DNA of 64,000 bases from Azolla caroliniana (GCA_043228905.1 JBHGNT010000003.1:26164001-26228000); one strand, 5' to 3'; counted from the first letter of the stretch, positions 1 through 11,882 are shown. The notes: generated by a model not told the origin, from the letters alone. Program-made: numbers and translations.

Positions 1-1569
1 CAACGAATCAAATATCGAAAGTTGGGAAATATAAAACGGTGCATCAAATTTTTGGTCTTTTTTTATGGTGGGTTTGTCTTGGTGATTGGTTGTAAGTAGC
101 TCCCCACCCAAAGCAACATAAATGTAGGAAAAAGAGTTCCAGCTCATTGCAAGCATTATTGTTTAAAAAAGCATATGTGTAATCACTATTGATTGAAGGT
201 GATTCTTCACAATACATACATACATATATGATGCATTCTTGTTAAAACAATGAAGATGTTGTCATTAGTTTATTGGAATACACAGTTGATGATTTTTTGA
301 CTTTATGTAGGTCGTCATTGTTTTTTGCCCTAATCTCGTTTGTCAACCTATTTATACGCAATCTCCGTAAAGGTATTGACATTGGACAAGCTGAATTGTA
401 ATTTGTTCTTCGGTGTTGTTCCTTTCTTTTGTTCCATATACTAAATATAATGTCATAGTTATTGTCCATGGTTTTTTTTTTGTGTTGATTTTGGAATCCA
501 ATAGATGCTTGTAATGTTTGAAACATTTTGTTACTTCAAATTTATTCATGTCGCATTGCTCTTAACTAAACCTCCTTGCATGCCAAAACACTATTTTTAT
601 ATGTGTTTTATAGCAACATCATGGACATGAAAAGGCAATTCAATTTGTCAAGATGATCTATACTTTTAGGGAGGGGCCAATGCCTGATATACTATGTAAG
701 GAGTTATCAAGCCCTGTCATTACCAAATGATATCTTAGAACAACAATTAAAGAATTCTTGTGGTTCTACAACCCAACCCATCTCACTTAGTAAATCAATA
801 AGGCATGGGTGCAACGTAACTCCTTTACTATTTACAATTGTCTCACATCTTATTTTGACAATGTAGGTAAATGGGTGGAAGATTTGTTTGGTTGGGTTAT
901 GTCTACCTTCAAGATTTCCTTGTGTTGCACACTCTTCATCGAACAACCTGTTTGGTCTGAGGATCAATATGAATGAACAAGTTACAAGACCTAATATCAT
1001 GTACGAAAATGAAATTGCATGACCTTGGTTATGTAGGGGTGATAGTTCGTTGTGGTATGATTTACCAACATTTAGGATAACATATTGGTATGAAACTTTG
1101 AAATGTGAGTCTCATTCAATGGATAATTTGAGAAATGTGCATCATATCTACATATTGTGAAGTTGTGCAATCAATAATGACTCTTACGGTGTCATATTAT
1201 ATGGTTATTACCATGAGCTATTGACCCATTAACAACTTCAATGTGATTTTTTTAATGGTGAAGGAAAGAAAGTTTGGGTCTTTATTGGGTGGCATGGAAG
1301 CATGTTTGTAATTTTCCTAAAAGACTTAGCAAGACAAGAATTCCAAATATATATGAACATATTGTGGCATGGAGAGCCTCATTCCTTAGAGGCATGGTTG
1401 AAGGAAACCAACCGTGGAAGAGTTGGTAACTTACTTTATTAAGAAGTTTGGGATCAAAATTGGAAAAGAAAATACAATTGACTTGTGATGGAAAATAGTC
1501 ACTAGTGATCTAAATGATACATGTTATAGGTAATTGATAGCCAATTGTTTGAAGAGATTGTTGCATTAC

Positions 1570-2982
1570 ATATAATGGCTTCCTCCATTTGAGAGAGGGA
1601 AAGGGGGGGAGAGTGAGAGCGATTTTGCATAATGATCCTTATGGTCAGTTTTTGGTTCTAGAAATCACGTTTTTTGGTGAGGTTGTGTGGGTGGTTGGGA
1701 TTTATGCCCCTAACCAAGCCATTCAACGCATTGCATTATGGGGCTCACTCCTTCAAACCATATATGTGGGTCGTCCAAGATTACTTATGGGTGATTTTAA
1801 CATGTGTGTTGATGCATCTCAATGTACGTCTGAACATTCAATCATAGATGATCTAGAGCAACTTGGTTGGGATTCATTGGCCATGGAGGTTTTGAAGTTG
1901 GATGTTTGGACATGGTTGCATGGGAATGATCTGGGTTTTACTTTCCAATATGCTCAACATAGACAAACATGAAGTTGGTTAGATAGAATGTATGTGATGC
2001 ACGATGATTCTTTTTTACTGACATCACTTTGTATGACAATTCTACAAGATGTAGGAACTTCAAATCACTTTCCTATTTGTTTGGAGGTTTGGGGTCATGT
2101 AATTGACATGTATAAATCCTTACTTGGAAAGCCTCTATTACCCTTTAACTCTTCTCTTTTGCTTCAACCTCACTTTGATTCTCTCATGGAGCAAATTTTG
2201 GTAAATTTTTCACAATAAGTGAATCTTAAAGGAGTTAAAGCATGGGATATCACGTTACGAAACATTCAGATCATTCATCGTATGTATGGAGTAACTAATG
2301 CTCAATGAAGGTGAGGTCTTCTTCGACAATTCTCACAAGTTCTCTCCAAGTATAATGCATTGTTGATACATGCACCATTAGATGAGGAGCTTTGGGATAT
2401 CCAAAGTCAATTGCAAGTTATTATTCCTCAATTGCAATGCCAAAGTTATCGTTATGCGAAGATGTGTCAACTAAGGGATGGGCTCATAGATAATCAATGT
2501 CAATCTCATTTGTTTTTCCAAGCATTACATCCTACTTATGCTCGATCTAATGCAGTATATGTGAAGCAAGGGGATGAATTGATAGTGGATCCTACTACAA
2601 TAATTGACATGTGTGTTCATTACTTATAAGGAGTTGATTGGCCCACAATTGTTAATGACAAATGAGACGAGTAGAGCACGATGTGAGTTTTATGATGTGG
2701 TTGGATGTATTGTGCATGACCTCATTAGTCATGAATTGGATGCAGATTTCCCTGAGTATGAGGTGGACACAGTTTTAAGGCATCTTCCTTGTGGTAAGAG
2801 CATTGGTTGGGATGGCTCAATAAATGAAGTTTTTAAGAGATATTCGAACATTTCTTTGATGGGGGGGGGGGGGGGGGGGAGGGGTATAAGATATTTACAA
2901 AGGTCTTGGCAAATAGATTACAAAATTATTTGCCAAAGTTGATACACCCTGCCCAATATGGTTTTATTTCTTTGATGGGGGG
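1570..2982 (+). mobile_element. Decayed LINE (L1-like) ORF2, 5' part: APE endonuclease, linker and start of RT
   Basis: ORF fragments carry APE motifs (VVGIYAPN, LLMGDFN, WLDRMY, SNHFPI), then LPCGKSIGWDG and ISLMG...YKIFTKVLANRL. Multiple stops and frameshifts. Interrupted at 2983 by a copia LTR. The 5' boundary is approximate. Confidence 0.85.
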
Positions 2983-3267
2983 TGTTGGAAGCAATGTCGT
3001 CTGTGCGGAAGATCTTGAAGCACTCGATTCCTGTTTATTCTCCTGCGTATGACAGAATGTAGGTCGTTGCACAGAGAGAGAGAGAGAGAGAGAGACACAA
3101 AAGAGTTTCTTATTTCATAAAGCAACCATACAACAACCAACCTCACAAAGAGGTTACAAGGTCACTATATATAGTGACCGACTTAGGGCAACTGCCCTTT
3201 ATGCTAATTACATAAATGGCCAAAACGGGATGGTGTGAATACGTCCATTATACACATGTATTCGACA
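2983..3267 (-). repeat. 3' LTR of intact copia element (285 bp)
   Basis: TGTTGGAAGC...TTCGACA on the + strand; direct repeat of 8150-8432; adjacent to the PPT. Confidence 0.95.
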
Positions 3268-3460
3268 CTCCCCCGTAATGGGCGTATACATGGGTTATCT
3301 AAGATTACAGGTATAGACTTAGGTTCTCGGACATATCAGCTTTGTTCGAGTCGGCAGGATCCGAAGACAGAAGACCGAACTGGTCGGGTCGGAACAGTTG
3401 AAGCCGATCATTAAGGAGCTGATGTCGGTTGTCGGGAACCATCCTGCTCTATGTCCGGCT

Positions 3461-6400
3461 CTAACCGGACTGGTTTGTCGTTACGCCCATCTGATGCCGA
3501 AGAGACCGAAAACGGTCTGCCGAAAGACACTTGGTCATTCCATCTGCGACATTGTCGGTTGTGGATATTTTCTCTAGACCGATTTTCCCTGAAATGACGC
3601 AGTCCCGAACGAAGTGATATCGAACGTCGATATGTTTGGAGGCGTTGTGGTGAACCGGATTTTTCGACAAGGCAACAGCACCTTGACTGTCGCTGTAGAC
3701 AACTGGAGCCGAGTCATGTTCGACTTGTCGAAACGTGTGCGCCAGCCGACCGAGCCACAAAGCTTCTTTTGCTGCGTCGGACGCAGCTACATATTCTGCT
3801 TCGGTCGTTGAGGTCGCTGTGCACTCCTGAAGTTTCGACTTCCACGAGATTGCTCCATTGCCGAATTTGAAGCAGTATCCGGTTGTTGATTTCCGACTGT
3901 CTATACAGCCGGCGAAGTCCGAGTCGGTGTAACCGACTACGCCTGAGGTTCGGTTCGGTCCGAAAAGAATGCCATGGTCTTTTGTGCCAGCCAGATATCT
4001 GAACACATGCTTGACTGCGTTCCAATGCGATCGGCCAGGATTGTGCATAAATCTGCTAACGACTCCTACGGCATGAGAGATATCAGGCCGTGTCGCGACC
4101 ATCAGGTACATAAGGGAGCCGACTGCCGGTGCATACGGTACCGACTTCATATCTTCCCCCTCCGGACCGGATGTCGGGCAGTCTCGCTGAGAGAGCCGAA
4201 GATTCATAGGGAGCGGGGTTGAAGCAGATTTGGCTGATTGCATGTTGAAGCGTTCCAAGACACGTCCGATATAGTCGGTCTGAGACAAAAAAAGGTGTCG
4301 TTTGTCGCGATGCCGACTGATCTTCATGCCGAGTATGTGTCGTGCCGGACCGAGATCCTTCATGGCAAACTTCAACCGCAGTTGCCGAATGAGATCGGCA
4401 AGTTCGCCCGCGTGGCGTCCAGAAATTAGCATGTCGTCCACGTAAATGATGAGGAAGATGGGTGATCCATCTTGAGCTGTGTTGGTGAAGAGACAATGGT
4501 CCTCATCGCTTTTTGAGAAGCCGATCGATGTGATGAAGTCGTCGAACTTCTTGTACCATTGTCGCGGTGCCTGTTTGAGGCCGTATAGACTCTTCCTGAG
4601 TCGGCAGACTAGATGTTCTTGGCCAGTCGCCACGAAGCCTTTTGGCTGCTCCATATAAATTTCCTCGTCTAGATCACCATGGAGGAATGCTGTTTTGACA
4701 TCTAGCTGAATCAGCTCCAAGTTGTCGGCTGCCACTACGCCGAGTAGGAAACGAAGGGTTGTCATTTTCACCACTGGTGAAAAAATCTCGTCGAAGTCGA
4801 CGCCGTATTCTTGTCGGAAGCCCTTCGCAACTAGTCTGGCCTTGTACTTTGGGGTGGTCGAATCAGACGTCTCTTTTAGTCGATAAACCCACTTGCAAGG
4901 AAGAGCACGTCGGTTCCTAGGTAATTCGACCAGATCCCAAGTCTTGTTTGCCCGAATGGAGTGCATTTCCGACTCCATCGCCAGATGCCAGGTGGCTGAA
5001 TCGACGGATGTCGATGCTTCTTCGTAAGACGTCGGTTCGCCGGCGTCGGTGAAGAAAATTCCAGGAGAATACCTCTCCGGAGGTTGCGACAGTCTCTCGG
5101 ATCGTCGAGGCATGATTGGACTGGTCGCATCGGGTATCGTGGTTGGATGGTCCGAAAGCGGATTGTTCTGCTGTGCCGAGTCGGAGTTGTCCGAGTCGGT
5201 AGTGTAAGGTTCAGCTACCCGTGAAGCTGACCGTGTGTTGAGAGCGGGGCCTTCTTGAAGGGTCGGCACATCGGAAAAGGTTACCCTTCGGACTTCGATC
5301 GGTTTTTCGACTGATGGATTCATGGCCGACTCGTTGAACACAACGTCCGAACTTCGAACGATTTGTCTGCGTTCGGGGTCCCAGAGTCGGTATCCCATTT
5401 CGCCGTTGGATCCATATCCAAGGAAAATGCATTTCCTGGACCGAGGTGCAAGTTTTCGGCGATCATCTTTCGGAATAAGGGTGTACGCCTCGCATCCGAA
5501 GATCCTCAGCTTGTCGTAATTCGGCTTACTGCCGATCCATAGTTCCTGAGGAATTTGAAGTCCTAGAGGTCTACTTGGCGACATATTGATTATGTGTACT
5601 GCCGTGAGTAGAGCCTCTGCCCAGAAGCCATCCGACAGTCCGGAGTGTTGGAGCATGGAAACTATCCTTTCTTGGATCGTCCGATTCATTCGTTCTGCAA
5701 TCCCGTTTTGCTCCGGACTGTGTGGTGCCGTAAATTCACGTCGGATGCCGCGTTGTCGGCAGAATTTGACGAATTCATCGGATTTGAACTCTCCCCCATT
5801 GTCTGTCCGAAGGCATTTCAGCTTTCGGTCGGTTTGATTTTCTACCATAGCGAGCCAATCGGTGAAGATCGAGAAGACCCGATCTTTGGTGCGAATTGGA
5901 TAAGCCCACACCTTTCGAGTCGAATCGTCAATAAAAGTGACGAAGTAAGAGGCACCACCTAGAGACTGATGCGGCATTGGGCCACAGACGTCCGAATGGA
6001 CTAAATCGAGAGGTCTCGTTTCTTTTGGTGCTGATGTCGGGTGTGATGTGGCTGCTTGTTTGCCATACTGGCAATGCTCGCAGAATTGATGGTCGGAGAA
6101 GGAGAGTTTGGGGATGTATCCGGCTCTAGATAGGTGCGTGATGCCGGCCTTGCTGAGGTGTCCTAATCTTCGGTGCCATAGTGATGACACAGGAATATCC
6201 ACCAAAAACAGGTTACCCTCTCTGAGCGTAACATGTAACGGATACAGGGAGTGTATCTTGGGTCCTCTAGCAAGCAGGAGGTTCCCCCTGTGGAGTGTCC
6301 ACCCTCCCGAAGAAAAACCGGCACGAATGCCGTCTTCATCTAGTTGTCCGACTGAGATCAATGGCCGTGAGAGCTCGGGTACATGTCGGACATTGTGGAG

Positions 6401-7474
6401 TACAAGTGTAGAGCCACCTGCAAGGTTGAGCTCTACTGTGCCGATTCCGATGATGTCACAGTGTTGCGAGTTACCGACCCGAACTGAGTCGGAGTGACGG
6501 ATCGTGTATTGCCGAAATTGGGATCGATGAGGAGTCACGTGAAACGACGCGCCCGAATCCAAGAGCCATGTGCTCGATTCTTCAGTCGTGAGCAGAACTT
6601 CTGAGCCAACTGGATTTTCGATTGATAGTATGTTCGGGTCGTCTGGTAGCACATCAGTTGAGAAGCTGACGTAATTGATCTCCTCATGCCGGCCACTCTT
6701 CTTGTTGTTCTTGTTCTTGAGTGCGCGGCAGTCGGCTTTGATGTGTCCGGGTTTCTTGCAGTAGTTGCAGATTCGGTTATCCCGTGACTGGCTCCGTCTT
6801 CGCTGATTGTTCGGCGGTCGTGAGGAATCTCTTCCTCGTATGTTCGATCGGTCTGTCGAACCTTGTACTACGTAAGCGTCGTCCGTTGAGTCTTTGGCAA
6901 AAGACTTTCTCCGAGCTGCTTCGGTCAGGATTGCGCTCGTGACTTCGGAGTATTTAACAGCCGTGGTTGACGCGTTGCACACGGTTGTGACGAAAGTTTC
7001 CCATGATGAGGGAAGGCTACTCATGAGTATCATTGCTCTGAGTTCATCCTCGATTGCCGTCCCCTGTGACGAGATTTGGGAGCTTATGCTTTCGTACTCA
7101 TTGAGGTGTGCTTGAACCGAATCGGATTCTTTCATCCGCAAGTTGTAGAGGCGCCGGATCAGAAACATCTTTGTTGCGGCGACCTTCTTTTCGTAAGTGT
7201 CCGACAGTGTTTTCCACAGTTCAAATGCTGTCGTACACGATTGCACCGTAAAGTATACCGATTCCGATAGGTGCATCCGAATCGTGGCGCGGACGATTCT
7301 GTCCAGCTTCTGCCACTCAATTGGTTTGTATCCTTCTGGAGGTTCTTCATTTTCGATGGGATCGATTTGCCCCTTGACTATGAGATAGTCTTGCATTTGT
7401 TCCTTCCAGAAGTTGAAGTTCGATCCATCGAACTTTCGTAGACTCATTTCTGACGAGCCGGATGTTGATGCCAT
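3461..7474 (-). CDS. Copia gag-pol polyprotein (GAG, Zn knuckle, protease, integrase, RT, RNase H)
   Basis: About 1337 aa open frame from ATG 7474. Motifs: CNYCKKPGHIKADC, WLLDSGASFH, LWHRRLGH..CEHC, VHSDVCGP/TDNGGEF/NGIAER, QLDVKTAFLHG, IYVDDMLI, YTDSDFAG, ADGMTK. Confidence 0.96.
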   Translation of the reverse strand: MASTSGSSEMSLRKFDGSNFNFWKEQMQDYLIVKGQIDPIENEEPPEGYKPIEWQKLDRIVRATIRMHLSESVYFTVQSCTTAFELWKTLSDTYEKKVAATKMFLIRRLYNLRMKESDSVQAHLNEYESISSQISSQGTAIEDELRAMILMSSLPSSWETFVTTVCNASTTAVKYSEVTSAILTEAARRKSFAKDSTDDAYVVQGSTDRSNIRGRDSSRPPNNQRRRSQSRDNRICNYCKKPGHIKADCRALKNKNNKKSGRHEEINYVSFSTDVLPDDPNILSIENPVGSEVLLTTEESSTWLLDSGASFHVTPHRSQFRQYTIRHSDSVRVGNSQHCDIIGIGTVELNLAGGSTLVLHNVRHVPELSRPLISVGQLDEDGIRAGFSSGGWTLHRGNLLLARGPKIHSLYPLHVTLREGNLFLVDIPVSSLWHRRLGHLSKAGITHLSRAGYIPKLSFSDHQFCEHCQYGKQAATSHPTSAPKETRPLDLVHSDVCGPMPHQSLGGASYFVTFIDDSTRKVWAYPIRTKDRVFSIFTDWLAMVENQTDRKLKCLRTDNGGEFKSDEFVKFCRQRGIRREFTAPHSPEQNGIAERMNRTIQERIVSMLQHSGLSDGFWAEALLTAVHIINMSPSRPLGLQIPQELWIGSKPNYDKLRIFGCEAYTLIPKDDRRKLAPRSRKCIFLGYGSNGEMGYRLWDPERRQIVRSSDVVFNESAMNPSVEKPIEVRRVTFSDVPTLQEGPALNTRSASRVAEPYTTDSDNSDSAQQNNPLSDHPTTIPDATSPIMPRRSERLSQPPERYSPGIFFTDAGEPTSYEEASTSVDSATWHLAMESEMHSIRANKTWDLVELPRNRRALPCKWVYRLKETSDSTTPKYKARLVAKGFRQEYGVDFDEIFSPVVKMTTLRFLLGVVAADNLELIQLDVKTAFLHGDLDEEIYMEQPKGFVATGQEHLVCRLRKSLYGLKQAPRQWYKKFDDFITSIGFSKSDEDHCLFTNTAQDGSPIFLIIYVDDMLISGRHAGELADLIRQLRLKFAMKDLGPARHILGMKISRHRDKRHLFLSQTDYIGRVLERFNMQSAKSASTPLPMNLRLSQRDCPTSGPEGEDMKSVPYAPAVGSLMYLMVATRPDISHAVGVVSRFMHNPGRSHWNAVKHVFRYLAGTKDHGILFGPNRTSGVVGYTDSDFAGCIDSRKSTTGYCFKFGNGAISWKSKLQECTATSTTEAEYVAASDAAKEALWLGRLAHTFRQVEHDSAPVVYSDSQGAVALSKNPVHHNASKHIDVRYHFVRDCVISGKIGLEKISTTDNVADGMTKCLSADRFRSLRHQMGVTTNQSG

Positions 7475-8149
7475 CAAATTCGGTTTTGGTTAACGAAGCT
7501 CGGTTCGGAGTTGACTACGGACCTTGTTGGAGTGCAGCCGGTTGGCTCACCCGATATTGTTCTAGTCGGGTTTGAACCCGAGTCGGTTCGGCTTCGGAAC
7601 TTGCTCGAATTGACTTCGGTAGCTTGAGGGACAGAGCCGACTGGTCTTCCCGAATGTTGCCGAGTCGGAGTGAGCCCGGTTCGCTTCGGATATATATGCC
7701 GAATACCGATTATTAAAACCGATTATCTGGACCGATTCTGCTTCGGGTGACTGCAGCAACGAGAGAGATGGATCTAACTGATCCTCTCGAATGTCGATCA
7801 GCCTGATGAAGGACGAATTTGGGGTTGTTGTCTTGAGACCGATCTGCACCGAGTGGTTACAGCGAGCGGCGTTTGATGACCTCTTCGGATGCCGTTTAAC
7901 CGAATGGAGCACGAATCGTGTCAATGTTGCACGAGGGGATTTCACCTCGAGCGGTTACAATCACAAGGAACGGAGTACAGCCTGCTGGCTTACTCCAAAC
8001 AAAGATGATCTAACGCGATGAGATGCAAACCTGGTTTTTTTTTTTTTCTTCTTCCTCTCTCTTCTTCGAATGACGCAGGAAACCGAATGCTGAGACGACG
8101 GCCGACAGCGGATTGAGGGACCGACTACTGTGCAGGCTCTGATACCAGA

Positions 8150-8432
8150 TGTTGGAAGCAATGTCGTCTGTGCGGAAGATCTTGAAGCACTCGATTCCTG
8201 TTTATTCTCCTGCGTATGACAGAATGTAGGTCGTTGCACAGAGAGAGAGAGAGAGAGAGACACAAAAGAGTTTCTTATTTCATAAAGCAACCATACAACA
8301 ACCAACCTCACAAAGAGGTTACAAGGTCACTATATATAGTGACCGACTTAGGGCAACTGCCCTTTATGCTAATTACATAAATGGCCAAAACGGGATGGTG
8401 TGAATACGTCCATTATACACATGTATTCGACA
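8150..8432 (-). repeat. 5' LTR of intact copia element (283 bp)
   Basis: Direct repeat of 2983-3267; followed on the minus strand by the PBS. Confidence 0.95.
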
Positions 8433-9065
8433 GGGGGGGGGGGAGGGAGGGGTATAAGATATTTACAAAGGTCTTGGCAAATAGATTACAAAATTATTTG
8501 CCAAAGTTGATACACCCTGCCCAATATGGTTTTATTGCAAGTAGGAATATATTGCATAATCTGTTGAATGTTCAAATGGCCATAAATTATGCTCGAAACA
8601 CTCATCAAGAATTGATTATTGTGCAATTAGATTTGGAGAAAGCTTATGGTCATGTTAATTGGTCATTTGTTTCTGGGTTAATGCATACAATGGGCTTCGG
8701 ACCTCGTATGTCTCTCCTCATATTTTTATTAGGACAGGATGTGGTGTCTCAAGTAATGCTTAATGGGGGAGTTACATCAAATATTTCCCTCACAATATCC
8801 GTTCATCAAGGATGCCTTCTTAGCCCATTGTTGTTTGCTATTGTTAATCATCCCTTGTTAGTGATGTTATCAAGGCTTGCAACAAATGGTGACATTGTGG
8901 GTCTACACCTTCTGTCTGGAGGGCAACTAGTAGCACAAGCTTTGGCAGATGATTATTTCATGTTTCTACAAGCCTCACGAGATAATCTTGAGAAGGGGAT
9001 GCTTGTATGGAACCAATTTACATTGGCTTCAGGATTACATATTAATTGGAGGAAGTCTAGTCTCA
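8433..9065 (+). mobile_element. LINE ORF2 continuation: reverse transcriptase core
   Basis: YKIFTKVLANRL, QYGF, QLDLEKAYGHVNW, SVHQGCLLSPLLF, ALADD, SGLHINWRKS are non-LTR RT motifs. Resumes directly after the copia LTR. Confidence 0.9.
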
Positions 9066-11882
9066 TATCAATCACTCACATAATTAGATGTTAATTAACC
9101 CTTGCTTCATTACCTAATTATTAACATGGTATCAAAGCGTGTGGTTTAGTACATCCACTATGCCCACTCGACCTCGTGATTGTGTGTTCGAGACGCCGAC
9201 GAGAAATGTGGTTATCCACTACGGTAGTGCCGCTACGTAGAACGTGTATGTGACCAAAGGAAGAAAAGCCAAGAAGGAAGACATTGCATCAACATAAACA
9301 CACAAATGGGTAGCCCGCTCCATAGTGAAAAGCTAGACCGGAGCAATTATTCATCTTGGGAGTACAAGATGAACCAATACCTAGTTGGCCAAGGGTATTG
9401 GAGCTACATCAACAGTGCACTCGAAAACAAACCCGACAACACAAATGCCAACTACCCAATGCGGGAGCAAGGAGCGAGTTGGGTAATGTATTGCTTGGCA
9501 ACATGTGCACGACCACATGCTTAGCCACATTTGAGATGCCAAGATGCCTAAAGAAGCGTGGGCGAACTTAAAGAAAATCTTTGCCGCCAACACGACCGCA
9601 CGCAAGCTTCAACTCCGGCAAGAGTTGAACAACATACAACAAAAAGATATGCTCGTGTCATACTACACCGCCAAGAACAAGAGCATTTGCGACTCACTTG
9701 GCTCCATCAACCTAAATGTCGACGAAGACGAGATGGTTCAAATATGCTTGGGCGGTCTTGCACAACTATTCGACTCATTAAGGACGACAATATTAGTGAG
9801 GGAAAATCCTCCTTCGTTCTTTGACCTTCAATCAATGCTATTGGTTGAAGAGAACCATGTCCGAATCAAGAGCAAGTCATCGGAAAGAGAAATGTTCTTC
9901 TCGAATTCGGATGGTGGCTGAGGACGAGGTCGAGGCGGTAGGAGAGGTCAATTCGACCCATCTCAAGAAGGGAACTCAAACCTTCAACAACAAAACGGAA
10001 GCCAACGAGGAACCTTTGAAAGAAGGGGGGCTTCAATGCCGAACAAAATCGGCAAACAATGCCCATTACTTGCAACTATTACGGCAAAATCGGCCACCGC
10101 GAAGAGGAGTGTCAGAAGAAGAGAAGGAGTCGGCTTCGACAAGCCGACAAGTCACAAACTATGCCACCAACTCTGAATACGACGACTAGAGTAGACTATT
10201 CATAATGAGACATAGAGCGAACCGAGTGTGCGAAGCATGCCAACTCGGTGAACAACATCGACTCCCATTCCCGAAGGAGAGCTATGTTTAAGCAAAGGCA
10301 TCCTCAACGTCATACATTCAGATGTATGGGGACCGGCACAAACACCGACAATCGGCGGATGCTGATACAACGTCACCTTCATCGATGACTACTCGCACTA
10401 TACGTGGATCTTCTCGATGAAGAAGAAAAGTGAAGTGCTCTCCCACTTGTGAAAGCTCAAGAGCCAAGTCGAACAAGAAATCGGTCGACACATTCGATGC
10501 CTACAATCGGATGGAGGCATTATGCATGAGAAGTACATGGTGAACTTCTATTAGGCCGAATCAACATCCATGGCTGTCTATCTCATGAACCGGTGCACCA
10601 CCAATGGAGTGCGTAAGCTAACTCCATACGAGCTCCTTGTTGGAAGGATGCCGATCTTGTCGCACCTCAAAGTGTTCGGAAGCATTGCGAATGTACACAT
10701 CCCAAACGAAAACCGACAGAAGCCCGACGCAAAGTCAGAGAAATGTATCCTCGTAGGATACTCGTATGAGAAGAAGGCATACAAGTGTTATAACCCTTTG
10801 ACCCGAGTGGTTCCGGTGAGTTGAGACGTAGTCTTCGACGAATCGGCATCATGGTATAAGCCCAATTCGGCTCCAGCTAACTCGATCGAGGAAGAGTTGA
10901 ACGTCAACTCGGAGGACGATATTCGGACAAGTCCTCTACCAAAGGACAATCCAAGCCCACCTGAGCCTTCAAGCATTCCAAGCACGTCACAGCCAAGTAC
11001 GAACTTGGACAAAGGCAAAGGTAAGATGCCCAAATATGAAGTCGACCACCCCTACGACAGTGATTCGGATGTGTCGACTCCCTGACTAGACAATGAGTAT
11101 GGTGTTCCCATCATGTGTACACATCGGCAAGCAAAAAACTTCGACGCTCATCTAGAGAGAAGAACCTCGTCGCTCGGCTCGGCCACAACGAATATATGGC
11201 CCATCATTATGCCTTCGCGATGAAGGCCCGAGAGTTCGAGAACCCGAGAGCTCGTGGCCCATGATGGGTGGAAGCAGTAGGCCTTCACCCATTTCATACA
11301 AGCCTTCGTCACTGGCTTGAGCAAGAGGAATCGAGACTACATTGGAAAGGCCGAAGAAAGCCGAAGGCCGGACGAAGCCGATGAACGCTAATGCGGACAT
11401 TGGACACCTCACACTTGAGCTTGAGGGGGTGTGTTGAGATATCAAGCTCAACTAGATTTAGCTAGTTAGTCAACACACGTAACTTAGTAGTTACCTGGAT
11501 AGAATCTAGTTAGTGTGTTGACCTTAAAGCCTTAATAGGATTTTGTACTTCAGTGGGATACATTGTAAATCCTCCACTCCCATGTTCATTTAATATAGGA
11601 CCTACACCTTTGTACCTATATACTACTCACACATGTGCACCTTTGCACATGAGATGTATATATACCTCATTGTGGGTATTTTTGTATTTTGATGATGCTT
11701 TTTAATATATACTCTCGTTAATCATCCCCCATTTATATTATTGTTCATAAGTGTAACTTCCTCTCTCTCTCTCTCTCTCCCTCTCACACACATACACACA
11801 CATATCTCATACTCTTCCGCTTATCAATCACTCACATAATTAGACGTTAATTAACCCTTGCTTAATTACTTAATTATTAACA
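9066..11882 (+). mobile_element. Internally deleted, non-autonomous Ty1/copia element with truncated 5' LTR
   Basis: Only the last 61 bp of the 5' LTR remain (9066-9126, matching 11822-11882). PBS TGGTATCAAAGC at 9127-9138, disrupted gag 9306-10190, partial integrase (HSDVWGP, LKVFGS, KCILVGY) about 10290-10850, no RT or RNase H. PPT GAGGGGG precedes a full 3' LTR at 11432-11882. Confidence 0.9.

Larger units (their letters stand above)
2983..8432 (-). mobile_element. Intact full-length Ty1/copia LTR retrotransposon
   Basis: TG...CA LTRs at 2983-3267 and 8150-8432 are identical except (AG)11 vs (AG)10. Met-i tRNA PBS TGGTATCAGAGCC at 8147-8135, PPT GGGGGAG at 3274-3268, uninterrupted gag-pol ORF. 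Inserted in a G-run, so a GGGGG TSD is compatible. Confidence 0.97.

Noticed and set aside
1-1500. Short ORFs and possible TE remnants
   Set aside because: No recognisable domain motifs.
3614-7945. Numerous short ORFs overlapping the copia gag-pol
   Set aside because: Alternative-frame and antisense shadows of a GC-balanced coding region.
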